Of a stretch of DNA of 64,000 nt, positions 1-13,774 are shown piece by piece (position 1 is the first letter of the stretch; every line of letters starts with the position of its first letter). The position numbers and the translations under genes were made by a program. The notes beneath the pieces are model-generated. The model saw nothing but the letters and a program-made list of their open reading frames with translations, was not told where the DNA came from and searched no databases. The stretch lies in NCBI GenBank assembly GCA_951406725.2, contig OX597821.1:115444001-115508000 (forward strand). The letters are read 5' to 3'. The DNA is from Octopus vulgaris. Its lineage: Eukaryota.

Positions 1-1771
1 TGCAGCTGAAAAGTGCACTTATGCATGGAATTGAAAAACATTGAATACCTAGCAACGGTTAGGCAGAAATGAAATAAGTATGGTAAATTTATCATCATCA
101 TCATTTAATGTCTGCTTTCTATGTTGGCATGGGCTAGATGGTTTGACAGGAGCTGGCATGCCAGAGGATTGTGCCAATCTCTGTTGTCTGCTTTGGACTG
201 GTTTCTGTGGCTGAATGCCCTTCCTAATACCAACCATGAAACAGCACACTGGATACTTTTTTTGTGGTACTAGCACAGGCAGGGTCACCAAGTAACTTGC
301 AAGAAAAAGACTGGGAGGGGAAGTAGTTCTGAGGAAGGTGGCTTAGCACCAGTTGATGAGAGGGTAAGAGAATAATAGAGGAATAGTCTTGCTGTATTTT
401 TTTTTATCTTGTTTCAGTCATTTGACTGTAGTCATGCTGGGGCACTGCCTTGAAGGGTTCAGTTGGACAAATCAACCCCAGTACTTCTTTTTTCTTTAAC
501 CCTTTAGCATTCAAACCAGCCATATCCGGCCTAAATATTTTACCTCCTTTTTGTTCAAAACCATTCAGATCCAGCCTCTTACCCTGTCCTACAATATTAT
601 TCCCAAAGTAAAGAGTCACATCGCAGAAATCTCACAGCTATGAGATAATGCAGGATTAATTCAATGCAATGTGAATAAACAAGAATCACATTTAGGTGGA
701 ATAATTGTGAATACTAAAGGGTTAAACCTAGCACTAATTCTATCAGTCTCTTTTTTCTGAACATTTACAGCTAACCAATACCAATTGTCAAGCGGTGGGG
801 TGGGGGCACAAACACTCACCTGCACACACATACACACACACAATAGTTTGTCCATCTGTCTGATAATAGTTTAGATGCAAAAGAAAAACGAAAATAAGAG
901 GTGGTAGAAAACAGAAGATAGCTTCATTTTGTTTTGCTGTGGCTGAGTTGGTTTGTTCTGGTAGAGAGGTATTTGTTGCAGGCCACACATTATGTTCACT
1001 TGTACCGGAGTTGTTATGCTGATTTATAAGTATCCATTTTGGCTTCTGATACTGAAATTTGTAAAGATTCAAACACCTTTGAACTCCTGATGTTAGCTTC
1101 ACTCATGTAAAACCTCCAGGAAACGTCACACTATGAATTTAGATTGATTTTGCTGCCGCTCAAGGTTGCTTTTAATGCATCTATGAATTTTTTATGTGGT
1201 GTACCAACATGGTGCTCTCCATTTGTAACCTTAGAATAGAAGGTTGTCCTTGGTAGATATTCTGTTAACATGTCCAGCCCAACATACCTGGATTTGCTCA
1301 AAAGCTTAGCAAACAAACCAGGTATTTTGCCATGAGAGCCTCTGTATTGGCATTTTACCTTGCCACTTCATGCTTATAATCGTCCTTATGAAGATTCTGT
1401 GGGAGGATTGGAAATAATAAAAAAATTTTAGCATGGGTCTGGTTTGATGTCATACGGGAGATGTGGAAGGATAACAGCATTGTATATGCAGCAGTTTTCT
1501 AAAAGCTGCATTTTCCTTGCCAGTAAGTGATGGCACATCAACATCAATACAGGCGTTTTAGGAGTGCACTTCCAAGATATTTAAATTTGTCTACATTTTT
1601 CAGTATAATCTCACTTCCATTCCAGGATGTATACATTGTGCATGTTCTGGAATTGGTTGATGCAATATCTCTAGTTTTGCTTTATTGATAGAGAAGCCAG
1701 AGTTGTTGGAGACTCTTGAGATTTGTTTAACACATGGTTGCAGTGCTGGACTTATTTTGTGCAAGCAATCT

Positions 1772-2070
1772 ACATCATCATCATCGTTTAACGTTCGCTT
1801 TCCATGCTAGCATGGGTTTGACAGTTTGACTGTGGGTTAGCAAACCAGATGGCTGCACCAGGCTCCAGTCTTGATCTGACAGAGTTTCTACAACTGGATG
1901 CCCTTCCTAACGCCAACCACTCCGAGGGTGTAGTGGGTGCTTTTATGTGCCACCGGCACGGGGGCCAGACAGGCGGTACTGGCAACGACCTCGCTCGAAT
2001 TTTTTTATACATGCCAATGGCACAGGTGCCAGTAAGGGGATGCTGGTAATGATCACGCTTGTATGGTGCT
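1772..2070 (-). mobile_element. SINE-like repeat with (GAT)n tail, subfamily B
   Basis: catcatcatcgtttaacg...ccatgctagcatggg...ctggatgcccttcctaacgccaaccactcc; many near-identical copies in the window. Strand assigned by treating the (GAT)n run as the 3' tail. Confidence 0.8.
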
Positions 2071-2369
2071 CGTGTCCGTCATCATCTTCAAATAGCAGTT
2101 CAGACACTTTGATACTTTGGTTTTACTTGCAATCTGTCAAGATTAAGCAGTTTGCTGTCTTTCCTGTGCCTAATGTTAATTCCAGGTGGTGGTCTATAAA
2201 CCTCTAGCAACATGGCAGAAAACCTGATATTGAAAAGAGTAGGTGCTATGATGCAACCCTATATCATACCATAGGTGACAGAAAATGATATTGATATGTT
2301 TCCATTTCGAAATTGAACCAAATCCTATGACTGGCACCCTGCCAGTGCCACTGGACTGACTCCTGTGCA

Positions 2370-2722
2370 GGTGGCAAGTAAAGAAACACTGTTTCGACCC
2401 TGTGCTTGAGGAGACCGATTGAGTCAAGTACATTGACATCAAAAATCAATGGAAATTGTAGTTGTGATCCCTGTGCCGGTGGCACATAAAAAGCACCAAC
2501 CGATTGTAGCTGTTTTCCAGCCTCCTCTGGCCCCTGTGCTGGTGGCACGTAAAAAGCACCCACTACACTCATGGAGTGGTTGGCGTTAAGAAGGGCATCC
2601 AGCTGTAGAAACACTGCCAGATCAGACTGGAGCCTGGTGCAGCCTTCTGGCTTCCCAGACCCCGGTCGAACCATCCAACCCATGCTAGCATGGAAAATGG
2701 ACGTTAAACGATGATGATGATG
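2370..2722 (+). mobile_element. SINE-like repeat, subfamily A
   Basis: ggcgttaagaagggcatccagctgtagaaa...ttaaacgatgatgatgatg tail. Confidence 0.8.
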
Positions 2723-5700
2723 TTCCTAGCACTCACCAGTATGCCATCATGAAACTGGTGCATCTTATTCACAAACATGGACGGGCAACTATTAGCAAGG
2801 ATTTTCCACAAGCCACTACAACACACATTGTCAAAAGCCTTCATGAGATCAACAAAAGTTGGATACATGGCTTTATTCTGCCCTGTACACTTCTGGTTCT
2901 GTCTTACTGCAAAGATCATATCAATATAATGAAAATCATATTGGCTTTTTTGGTCAGAGTTTGTTGGTGGTAAGATAGTGAATGAGGGAATCATGGAGTA
3001 TTCTTGCCATGGTTTTGCTAGCTATTTATAAAAGGGAAATACCTTTATGATTACAACATGACTGCTTGTCACTTTTGTTCTTATACAGGTGAATAATTGT
3101 AGCATCCTTGAATTGTTGGGGAATGTTACCTATTGACCACATCAATGAAAATAGCTCAATTTTTCAATGAACATTTCATCACCATAAGCATATATTTCTA
3201 CAGGAATTGAATCTGTGCTTGGTTCTTTATGAAAAGACAGTAGCCTGATAGTTTCACTGGCTTCAAGAAGGGTGGGATTTTCATTAAGGTTGCATCGAAG
3301 AAAAACTACACTAGATTGTTTGTAGATTCTTCATTTACTTCCGACGGTCTGTTTAGGACATTTTGGAAGTTCAGCCCATCTTTCATGTATTGCTTCTTTG
3401 ACTGTGATACATGCATTTCAATCTGCTGTGGAGATGGGTGAAACACCCATGTGAGCTGGACCATAGATTGCACAAAGGCTTTCAAAACATTTTTGTGTAT
3501 TATTTGTCATCAGACTTCTAAGGCATTTTGAAATGATAAATATAGATTCCCTGCCTTCTGCTTGCTCTGAGGAGTATCTCCTGATTTTAAATTCCACCTC
3601 CACTGTAATAACTGTGAACCAGTGTTCAGTGCTACACTCAGTTTCAAACATAGATCTTGCTGTCTGCAGGTCACTGAGATTGTGCCTTCTCACAGTTATA
3701 TACTCCAGCATATGCTAGTATGTGGAATAAAGTTGTATCTAAGATATTTTGCATCTTGCTGGAATGCAAAAGTTTGTCTTGGCATTCTTTAAAGGAAGAG
3801 CCTGCCACATAGTGACCTGTGTCATTGAAGTCACCAAATGAAAATATATGATCTGAAATTGACATGGATGACAATGTAGATTCAAGATCATGGTCATGGT
3901 GGGAACATATTCCTCTTTGTGGAATTCTCAGTGGCGTTCTGTTATTAACTCCTTTGGGAACAAATTCCAATTAAGCAGCAAAAGAACTTTTCATAGCAAA
4001 AGCCAACACTGTTTAACTGGCTTCTGGATTTCTTTATCCTACCAGTAGAATGTATAGCTAACTTGTCTTGTTTTTTCAGTCCCTCTTTTTCAGCAAGTCA
4101 GTCTTCATTAAGTCCAGGTTCAAGAGCAATTAATGCCATTAATTTTTCTGATTGCACATGTGGCATGTCCATTGCTTGCTGTAAATCAGGCAATATGGGG
4201 TGAAGTGTGCTTTATTTAGGGCTCCTTCCTCATATGGGATGAGCAGTACCCTTAGTAGGTATCACTATAGAGCACCATAAAAGGGAGACTAGCATAGCTT
4301 GACCATGCAGAAACGCTTTTTGTTTGATTGTGTTCATGTCAAAATACATTTTTTTCTGTGGAAAATTATCATTTCAATTTTCTGGATGTGAACTTTCTTC
4401 TTATATAGTTCTGATCAAAATCTGATACTTATGTACCATGCCCAGGTCCTTTAATCATTCTGGTATCTCCACCCATTCACCAAGTTTGTCCCCTTTTTCT
4501 TTTTTCCTGACTGTTGATCTACTAGATTGCTATAACTCGATTTGTGTTGAAAATTATAGTCATGAAGGGGACTTTTTTTTGCTTTATTTTGATATAAAAA
4601 TCAATGGGGCAGAAATTGTTGTATTGAGAATGTTGGTTATTCCCTCACTGTTTTAACGTGTGTAGAGTGACATCCAAATTTTACCTAGCAGCTATTCTTG
4701 TACATGTAAATTTTGTTTGCCTTTGAGAAATATTTTGCCAATAAAAATTTTATTGTGCAATGAATATAATTTTGTAGTTAAAGTTGGCTGTTATGTTCTT
4801 TTTTTCTTCTGATTTTGAATACAATCAAACAATTTGTGGTAGTATTTACAAATTCATTTTAGGTTTTTTATTCTCTCTCTCTCTCTCTCTCTCTCCTACT
4901 AATGAGTTTGCTGTAGGTTACAGATGTTTTTAATGTCTTCAAATTATGCTTTTAAAGCTTAAGCAAGGAACAAGTTTTCAGATTTTGTTTGTTTTTTAAT
5001 CTAGGTCTACATGCAATTCTAAGAAAGGTACTAGGTTGTTGTGGGATGTACTAGAAACCACTGCTAAATCTCACTTAAATCACACACTTTTTCATTTGAA
5101 AATGTTTTCAAAATTTTTTTTCCACCAAAAAGGCTTCTCCCATTGTTTTTAAGAGTGTAGTGTAAAAAAAAAATGGCCAAAATTGGTCCAGAGAAGAGTG
5201 AAAAGGAGGGGTGTGTGAAAAAAAAATCATTTTTTTCACAAAAAAACTCTCCCCCTCTCCATAATTTCCAAGGCCATGATAGAAAAATCCCTGTCAAGAC
5301 AGAAAATCCAACTTATGTGGGTGTCCTGATTTGAAACACCATTTATAGCCATTTTTAATAGTCCATTAAAATTTTATTGAAATGGTGCCATGTCCCAAAA
5401 TCTCAGGTCCCTGTGGCTTGTACTTTTGGACTTAGCTAGTCTGAAAACATCACGAAATTGACTGTTACATGTAACAAAATAGGCTTTACATAAATATTTA
5501 AATATTTGTCAAAAACAAGTTTCCTTTCCAAGAACCTGAAAAAAAAAAAAGAAAAAGGGACAACTGCTGAACATTATTAATATGTGTAGTTTGAAGATAT
5601 GACAGCACAAATGAAGCTAATTTAGGCCAGTTAAGCAAGATTTTGACCAATCTGCTGACCATTCAAATTGTCATATTTCCTAAATATCCAAATTTCACAA

Positions 5701-5989
5701 ATGAGGTATCAGAATGTTTCTTTTTCAATGCTGTTCATGAAATACAGTAGAAATTACTTTTCAATATTTTCAAAAATTCATAGTGATACCTACTCTTAGT
5801 GGAGGTGCATGGTTAGGATGTTGGACTCGTGATCATAAGATTGTGGTTTCAATTCTTGGATTGCGCAATGCATTGCGTCCTTGAGAAAACCATTTCTTTT
5901 CATGTTGCTCCGTTCCACTCAGCTGGTAAAACTGAGTAATCCTGTGACGGATTGGCATCCCATCCAGGGAGGAATATATACGTCAGAAA

Positions 5990-6275
5990 AACCTTGTACC
6001 GCGTCTGTTGTAGGCTCCTGCTTGTGCTGCAATAATCCACTTGGTTGTTGATATTGCTATCTTTCAGATGCCAGGTGTATTTTGATAATGCTGTTGAGTT
6101 CTTCATGCATTTATCTTGAATGTATGTAAGTGTTGTGTGAAGCAGACGTTAAGTGTGTTTTGGTGGTGTTTCTGCTGTTGTATACTTTGGCTTTATAAAC
6201 AATATAAACAAGGTCTTTCAAAAGGCATTTTTTAATACAGCAGAAGTATGCACTTCTTACTGTCTTGTCCATATT
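5990..6275 (-). mobile_element. Penelope-like element GIY-YIG endonuclease remnant
   Basis: Minus-strand peptide KNSTALSKYTWHLKDSNI...KWII...AY resembles the C-terminal part of PLE GIY-YIG domains (STxLSKYIWxLK). Recognised by eye. Confidence 0.55.
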
Positions 6276-7669
6276 AGGATATCACTCTCTCTCTCTCTCT
6301 CTCTCTCCTCACACTTGCACCTACATGTTGTCATCTTTTGTTTCATCTCTCTCTTGTCTTGGAAGCTACACGACCTCACTAATGCTGGTGTGATTAGAAA
6401 ACACACTCAGTGCATTCTGTAAAGTGGTTGGCATTAGGAGGGGTATCCAACTATAGAAGCAATGCCAGCATAGACATTGGCACACAACAGTCCTCCTCCT
6501 TCCTGTTGGTTTCTATCAAACTGTCCAAACAATACCAGCATGGAAGATAGATGTATTGAGATAACGATAATGATGTGCAGCTGCAGTTTGCTGCTCCACC
6601 ACTCTTGATTTTCTTCATAACTTTCTGTAAAATGCATATTTTGTAATGAAATTTTGCAGAGGTACATTTTCAAGAGTGTTGTGTACAATTATGTCAGTAC
6701 AAATTCTTTTGTTTAAGAGTTTCAGGTTGTTGTCTTCCTACAAATTTATTTCTTTGTTGTGTCTGGGGAGATTCATTTTCTTTTTGTGCCTTATTATTTA
6801 ACATACTCACCAGTAAAATTTCCACTTATTTCTTATTTTTATTTTCTTAAAATTTTCATTGTGTCTTGCAACCTTTTCAATAAATTATTGAAAAGGTTGC
6901 AACATGCAACGAAAATTTTAGGAAATAAAAATAAGAAATTTACATGTACAAGGATAACTGCTAGGTAAAATGTGGATGTCACTCTACACACGTTAAAACA
7001 GTGAGGGAATAACCAACATTCTCACTACAACAATTCCATGCCAATTTGGGGCTCCAGAAGACCCAATTTAGTGCATTTTTTCATAGAACTGTATGTTTAC
7101 TTAGTAAGTAGTTTGTCCATTTCTTGAAAATGACTCTCCCCAGACACAACACAATATGCTTCAACACACGAACTCATATAAAGAATCTTACAAACCAAAT
7201 CCAAAAACGAAATATTTCTTTGTTATTCTCTTTAAAATGCTTGTTCTGTTACGAAATTTTGCAGAAATACATTTCCACGAATGTAGATTATGATTATGTT
7301 GACAAAATGAAGGAAAATGCTAAAATAACAGAATTTTGTGGTAATAAAATCGTATTGGGTAATGTGGTTTGAAACTCTTCTCTTAGATAATTTTAATGTC
7401 TACTTTTCCATGTTTGCATGGGTCTGACAGAATACTCTTCCAGTTGCCAACTCTCACTTGTCTGCAAGTAAGGTAATATTTCCCTTAGTCCTTGAAACAA
7501 TGAACAGATCAGTGACCAGATATGTTTACATTGATGATTGTTGACAAATTGCAAAATTTTTGCATGAATGGTGACTTTATTTGCAATCATTTGCAAATGT
7601 CCACACATGGAGATGCAAACACCCTCCACCTAATGTAAAAATATATACACAATGGGATTTTTTGAGTTT

Positions 7670-8450
7670 TGTCATTATCATCATTGTTTCGCGTCTGTCT
7701 TCCATACTGGCATGGGTTGGATGGTTTGACAGGAGCTGGCCAGGCAGAAGACTGCAACAGGCTTTTTCCTCTGTTTTGGCATGGTTTTTATGGCTGGATG
7801 CCCTTCCTAACACCAACCATCTCGCAGTGTGGACTGAGTGCTTTTTATGTGGCACCAGCACAGAAGAGGTCAGTTTGGGCATGGTTTTTACAGCTGGATG
7901 TCTTTCCAAACGCCAACCATTTTACAGTGTGGACTGGATACTTTTAATATGGCACTGGCAGGGTCACCAAGTAACTTGCAAGACAAAGAACCTTTAAGAG
8001 GGGAGGGGGCACTGGAGGAGGTGGTCTTGTGTCAGATGATGAAAAGTGTGACAGACTGAAACAGGTGTCTTGCTGTAGAGGAGGTACAAGAACCTCTGAG
8101 GGGAGAGAGGGCAGTGGAGGAGGTGATCTTATGTCAGGTGATGAAAGGTTAAAGTGTGACAGAGACAGAATCAGGTGTCTTGCTGTAGAGATGGTACATG
8201 GTTACCTGGCCAGAGAGAGAGAGAGAGAGAGAGAAAAAGAGAATGATCAAGTATGAGGACAGAAACATGTGTGCTACTGTAAAAGAGATGCATGGCTACT
8301 CAGCCAGAGAGAGAGTGGAAGACAGCAAGAGTGCAGGTGAGAGATGGTTGCAAAATGCCTGGGCATACCCATAAAGAACAAGGATCAGAATATAGATGGG
8401 AGAGGTAGATGGTAGCAAGTGCCAAGGCATACCTTCAATGTAGGGAGGTC
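7670..8450 (-). mobile_element. Older SINE-like repeat with internal duplications
   Basis: Diverged ggctggatgcccttcctaacaccaacc motif occurs twice; related copies at 90-400, 17350-17640, 37055-37400, 51870-52105 and 59461-59627. Confidence 0.6.
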
Positions 8451-8735
8451 ATATTATAAGTGGCAGGGTATTGCCAAAAAGCATGAGCAGGGTGTGGGGA
8501 ATGCAGTGACTGGTGAGAACCTGGGTATATAGAGGGAATGGGGGTAGCACAATACAGTGAGCAGGGCAGTGAAGACAGGATTGGGGAGTGGGACATAATC
8601 ATAGTGTATGAAAGAGTAAATGTGAAGAAGAGAAGAGAGACATTTTGGGAGAAGAGATGTAGTTTGGTTTGTTTGGATAGGGTGTGTGAAAGATTTGTTG
8701 TTACTTGTGGGTGAAACACACAGTGTGTCTAGAAC

Positions 8736-9510
8736 TCAGTTCTGCTGACGTGGGTGAGTCTTCTCTCGAATCTCATATCGCCAGACATCTTGGTCCATTG
8801 TCATTTCCTCCTTGAGCCCCAACATCCTGAGATTAGTCCTTGTCACTTCATCCCATGTCTTCCTGGGTTTCCCTCTACAACAGATGCTGTTCACTTTCTG
8901 TGACTGGCACTTCTTTATACAGCTGTCTTCGTTCATATGCATCACATGTCCAAACCAGCATAGTCTTCTCTCTCTTGCAGGCTGCATTTAATTCCTCTTA
9001 TGCCCAACTTCTTTCTCAACACATTTGTGCTTTGTTGTTCATGCACATCCAACAGAGCATACTGCTTTCATTTCTCTCCAGTCTATGCATGTCTTCTGCA
9101 TTCAGAGCCCATGTCACACTACCATGGAGCATAGCCGTTCGTACACAGGCATCATACAATCTACCTTTCCCTCTGAGAGAGAGTCCTTTTGTTGCCAACA
9201 GAAGTAATATCTCTCTGAACTTCCTCCACCCAGTTCTTATTCTAGAAACAATACTTTCAGAACACCCTCCACCATTGCTAATTTGTTTACCTATGTGACA
9301 GTACCTATCTACAACCTCAAGAGAGCCTCCTGGGCATTTGGGAGAACCTAAGTCCTATCTGCTCTTGTTCCTGCACATCTGCCACATACAAAGGCGACTT
9401 TATCTGTTAATTTACTTGTGATTCCACTGTACCTCTTATTGTGTCCATAGCTTACACTGGGTGCAGCAAATGGAATTACTGACGGAAAGAGAGTCTTATC
9501 TGCTTTCTTG
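8736..9510 (-). mobile_element. RTE-like LINE 3' fragment
   Basis: KGRLYDACVRTAMLHGSVTWAL...LCWFGHVMHM...RGKPRKTW. Same family at 37700-38290 (-) and 45680-45940 (+). Confidence 0.75.
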
Positions 9511-9589
9511 GTATGAAGAAGCATTGGTTGGCCTGCAGCTATAGTAGAAGACAGTTGCTGACAGTTCCATACAGTGGGACTGAACCTCA

Positions 9590-9975
9590 AACCTCCAAAG
9601 TGACAATTTAAGGCAAGCATGGATTCCATTGGAATTTTTACTTCTGGGATAACTGACAATGCAACTGCTTCTCCCATTTGAGATCTGTGGTCACACAAGT
9701 TCTGCAATGTTCTGCCCAGGGCCTCCAGAATTCTCTTATGAACCATCACATGTTCCTCTCAGACAATCACTTGGTATTTGTTGAGTTGTCTAGTCCCTGA
9801 ATTTTTGGCAATTTTCTAATCAGGTACATTACTTATGCTCAAATTCAGGAGGAGTTTCAAAGCAGAATGTGCTGTACAAACCTTAAGAAGGACAGTAGCA
9901 TTAAAACCTGAAGAAGCAACTGTAATAGATATGCCTTTACATTGACTAATTTAGGCAAGAAGTAGATTGATCTGA
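9590..9975 (-). mobile_element. Helitron Pif1-like helicase fragment
   Basis: Minus-strand AVASSGFNATVLL..CTAHSALKLLLNL and HKRILEALGRTLQNL resemble Helitron helicase motifs (ASSGIAATLL-GGRTAHS; ALEALDRTLQDL). Confidence 0.7.
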
Positions 9976-10000
9976 AATGTCTTTCCAGTTTCACTGTAAA

Positions 10001-10215
10001 CATCATCATCATCATCATCGTTTAACGTCTGTTTTCCGCGCTAGCACGGGTTGGACGGTTCGACTGGGGTCTGGGAAGCCAGGGGCTGCACCAGGCTCCA
10101 GTCTGATCTGGCAGTGTTTCTACAGCTGGATGCCCTTCCTAACGCCAACCACTCCGCGAGTGTAGTGGGTGCTTTTTACATGCCACCTGCACAGGTGTCA
10201 GGCGAGGCTGGCAAG
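10001..10215 (-). mobile_element. SINE-like repeat, subfamily A
   Basis: Same diagnostic sequence, with the (CAT)n run on the + strand. Confidence 0.8.
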
Positions 10216-11076
10216 GAAGAAAATTCCAGTTTCTTGTCAAATCCCGTCAGAAATTGCTAAATTGCTTCTGGTGTGTAGTAACTTTGAATTTTTCATCATT
10301 AGCATATGCTATTAATATGTCAACATTGTATGATGCCTCTTTCTGTTACTAGTTTATTAACTTCAGTTTAGTTACATTAAGAGAAACTGGGTTTTTGATG
10401 TTCTTATTGATTTATATCCTTGAACTTAATGATGAGGGCTGCATTATACATTTTATCTACAATGGGGTACATCTATTGGATTTGATACTTGAAATCTTTG
10501 GCAAGATCATATTTGAGCCTAAGGTGAAACACACCAGATGGTTCACAAAACTTTAAACAGCTTGGTGAAAAGAACCCTAAGACACTTGACTGCTTATAAG
10601 CATAAGCTTTTAGTTATGTTACATCTCAGTAGGCATAATTTTTCAGCAATCCAAGTAGTTTCTGGTGCAAACTTCTCCATCTACTCCTTGAAGATCATGA
10701 ACTGAATCTCGGTCTTGCACTTTATAGAGAGGAATTGCAGAAAGAAACATGTTGACTGGTGTGAACAACATACTCTCTCAAAATTATCTAGATACATGTT
10801 TTGGTAAAATGGATATTAGCATTCTCCTGTTTTTCTCTTTTTTTATTTTGCTATTGAAAATAGCCTTTTAATAGATACTAAAAAAATGTGCAACTAACTA
10901 TTAATCAGCTTTGCTTGATGAATAAAATGTTAATATAAATTTTTTTTTAAATGCTTCTGTTGGTGGCATATATATTTGCATTGCTTGGTCTGTCAGTTAC
11001 CCACAATTTGTTGAATATATCTTTATATAGTTTTTACTCTGTTATCTTGTCTTTTCTTTTTTTGACATTATTCCAG

Positions 11077-11131
11077 AGATGCGAACTTTGTCCTCAAAAA
11101 GAAGGTGCTCTCAAGAGAACTGATACTGGAG
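11077..11131 (+). CDS. MLLT10: AF10/MLLT10 coding exon (Zn-knuckle of PZP domain), first exon seen in window
   Basis: ttccag|AGA...GGA G|gtaag. Encodes RCELCPQKEGALKRTDTG, matching the AF10-family motif RCELCPHKDGALKRTD. 55 nt, phase 0 to 1. Confidence 0.93.
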
Positions 11132-12594
11132 GTAAGAAATTTTGTAGATATTTTCATTATTTAGTTTGTGGGATGAGCAGTGATTTTGGTGATGTGTGTG
11201 TTATGAAGATCAGATAGGGACAAATTTAGGAAGCTACAGAGAGTATTTCTTAGGATGATTTATAATTTGATGTTATTTGTGTCAGAAGCTTTGGAGTGTA
11301 GCTAACTCTTTGTAAACTAGTGTTATATTTTTCTTAGGAGAGTTTACAAAAAAAAAACAAAAGACGATGACAGGTGGTGTACAAAACAAACAGATGTATT
11401 AGTATAACGCTCAGGAATAGAAAAAGTCTTTTACGTTTCAAACCTACGCTCTTCTACAGAAAAGGACACAGAAAAAACAAGGAGAGAAACTTGGGTCTGA
11501 TGTGTGCTAGTGTATTGTCATGGGATTTGTCTGACATGTTTATAAATTATGTCCTATTTGTATTTTGGCACTGATGTATACAATGTCATTATGAATTGTT
11601 TTCTAGTGTTGTTATGCCATAGATTTATTTCAAGTGATTATTTATCTGTTCTCGTGAATCTGTTAGGGAGACCATAAATGTGAAGTTTTGTTTATTGATA
11701 TGTCTAGCATCCTAAGAAGTAGTTCTGCATTTTCCTTCAAGAATGTTTGAAGTAGGGATTTTTAAATTGTGAGTAGATTGTCTTCTTGGTTAGGGTAATG
11801 TGATATTTATTTTCCATTTGAAAGTCATACAATATTTATTTTGAGAGTATACAGAGATTTTGGTAGATTGGTAGAAAGAGGAACATGAGCATTTGTTACA
11901 GATGAATAGATTTGCAGAATGCTTCTTCTTGGATTTTGGTATTAGTAGACTTATTGTACCTAATTTGTGCACATAAATATATTATGTACTTTTTCTCTTT
12001 TTGTGGTACAAAAATATCAAAACAGTATTTGTCTCATTTTCAAGTGATCATTAAGCCATCAACATCAACTGTTATTTATTATGCATTAGTGAAGGGGATA
12101 ATCTGTTTTGAATTTGGGAAGGTGTTGGCAGATCAAAATTATTTTGTGTCTTTTGGATTGGTGTAGGATAGTGACTAACAGGTAATATTGCTAGTCCTTT
12201 CGTTGTCTTTTTGATTTCCTAATGTGCTTTAAAAGTACTGTTATTATTAAGGTACCAGTGGTGGGATGAGCTGTTGCACTGGTGTACACACACACACACA
12301 CACACCATTGATTTATGTTCACTTTATGTGATGGCATGAGTTGGATGGGTTGGATTGAACATATAGAGGCATTATGCATGTAAATGGGTTGAAGGACTTC
12401 ATCGTGTTTCATTTTTTTGCACGGGTGCCCTTTATTAATATTAACCACTTTACAGAGTGTACTGGGTGCTTTTGTTTTCATGATACCAATACTAGAGAAG
12501 TGTCACATTCTCAACAAGACTGAAGACACTTAACAACTCTTACATCTCTGCTTGTTTGACAGTATGTGTGTGTGTGTATATATATGTATCTGTA

Positions 12595-12951
12595 TATATA
12601 TAAGGCAGGATGTGTGTGTGTGTGTGTACATGATTGTAGTTTATGCACATCCACAAATTAGCACGCATGTCGCTCAAATTTTAGGAGGACATTTGTCATG
12701 ACCCTAGCTGTATTTTCGTCAAATTAATTTCCCCCGTGATACCCGTAAATAATTTTGAGCCATGACTTCTAAATTTTTACGGCGGAGAAACCCACCATTG
12801 TTTACAAAGCAAATATGAATTAAGTCCCCTCCTAGCTACAGTCTAAAGAGAGGGAGAGAGCAAGAGAGATAACAGATTTTTAAAATTTCGTCTTTTTACA
12901 GGCAAAAACAGACAGACAGGTGTTATGTATGTATGTGTGTATGTGTTGCTC

Positions 12952-12992
<41 letters not shown>

Positions 12993-13415
12993 ATATAAAC
13001 GATATTCTCCGTTTCTCCAAAATTAATTTCCAAATTAGCTGAATCCGTTGTTCTAATCATAGCGATATATAGCTGGTCGTGCGTGAACATGGGAGAGAGC
13101 AGAGGTTACCAGAGCAAAAGACCTACGTGTTGACTGTAGACACTCTTCTTCGCAAACGATCAGCTATTATTTTGTAAACAATGTTTCGAAACTGTTCATG
13201 TTTTCGAAAGGAGAGATATGACTTTCACATCTCTGCGGGAGAAGGCAGGCTTCTCTATTCCTGTTACAAAACTTATTTCCGGGTGCCAAATTTGCTTCAA
13301 CTGATGGTATTACTCGAGTAGGAGGTGGTGGTGGGACAGTGGCAGGGGCAAAGGTGTGCAAAAACATGTATGCAATAGGTGTATGTACATATATGTTTGT
13401 GTGTGTGTGTGATGC

Positions 13416-13454
<39 letters not shown>

Positions 13455-13774
13455 TATATATACTTAGTCGTGATCTGAACACAACCACTTCTCACACAGA
13501 GGATCGGAGGCCCTTTTGGGCATTCTATTTTCCTTGCTGGAAGGGTTATGAAAAAAAAAAAAAAACAATCCATGAGTGGACAAAATCGATAAACCGGTTC
13601 CTTATGGGATTTCCCAATCAAATTGTCTGCAAAATTGCAGCCAAAAGTTTACCAATTTCAACGGATTTCACTCAAATTTGATGTCGATGTTACTTAGTTT
13701 GCTTTGAAATAAAGAGCTTGATTAGTTTAATAATCCTAACTTAATCCTGAGCAAAGCCGGGCTATACTGCTAGT
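12595..13774 (+). mobile_element. Non-autonomous Helitron/Helentron-like repeat(s)
   Basis: Microsatellite-rich start. Ends in gagcaaagccgggctatactgCTAGt (GC-rich subterminal motif plus CTAG). Similar ends near 42930-42957 and 44066-44088. Confidence 0.45.

Larger units (their letters stand above)
880..4250 (-). mobile_element. Old, fragmented RTE-clade LINE interrupted by two SINEs
   Basis: Minus-strand peptides: GDFN (APE), FVDLMKAFDNV...GLWKIL...QFHDG (RT) and NVDKFKYLGS. Many stops and frameshifts. Boundaries approximate. Confidence 0.7.

Noticed and set aside
3475-3520. Minus-strand CTGATGA...GAAA
   Set aside because: Lies inside LINE coding remnant with no convincing stems. Similar isolated CTGATGA hits near 17379, 24535, 44981 and 48807 were rejected for the same lack of pairing.
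1-11076. Search for the AF10 start codon and PHD1 exons
   Set aside because: No matching Cys/His-rich exon was found by eye; they are probably upstream of the window.
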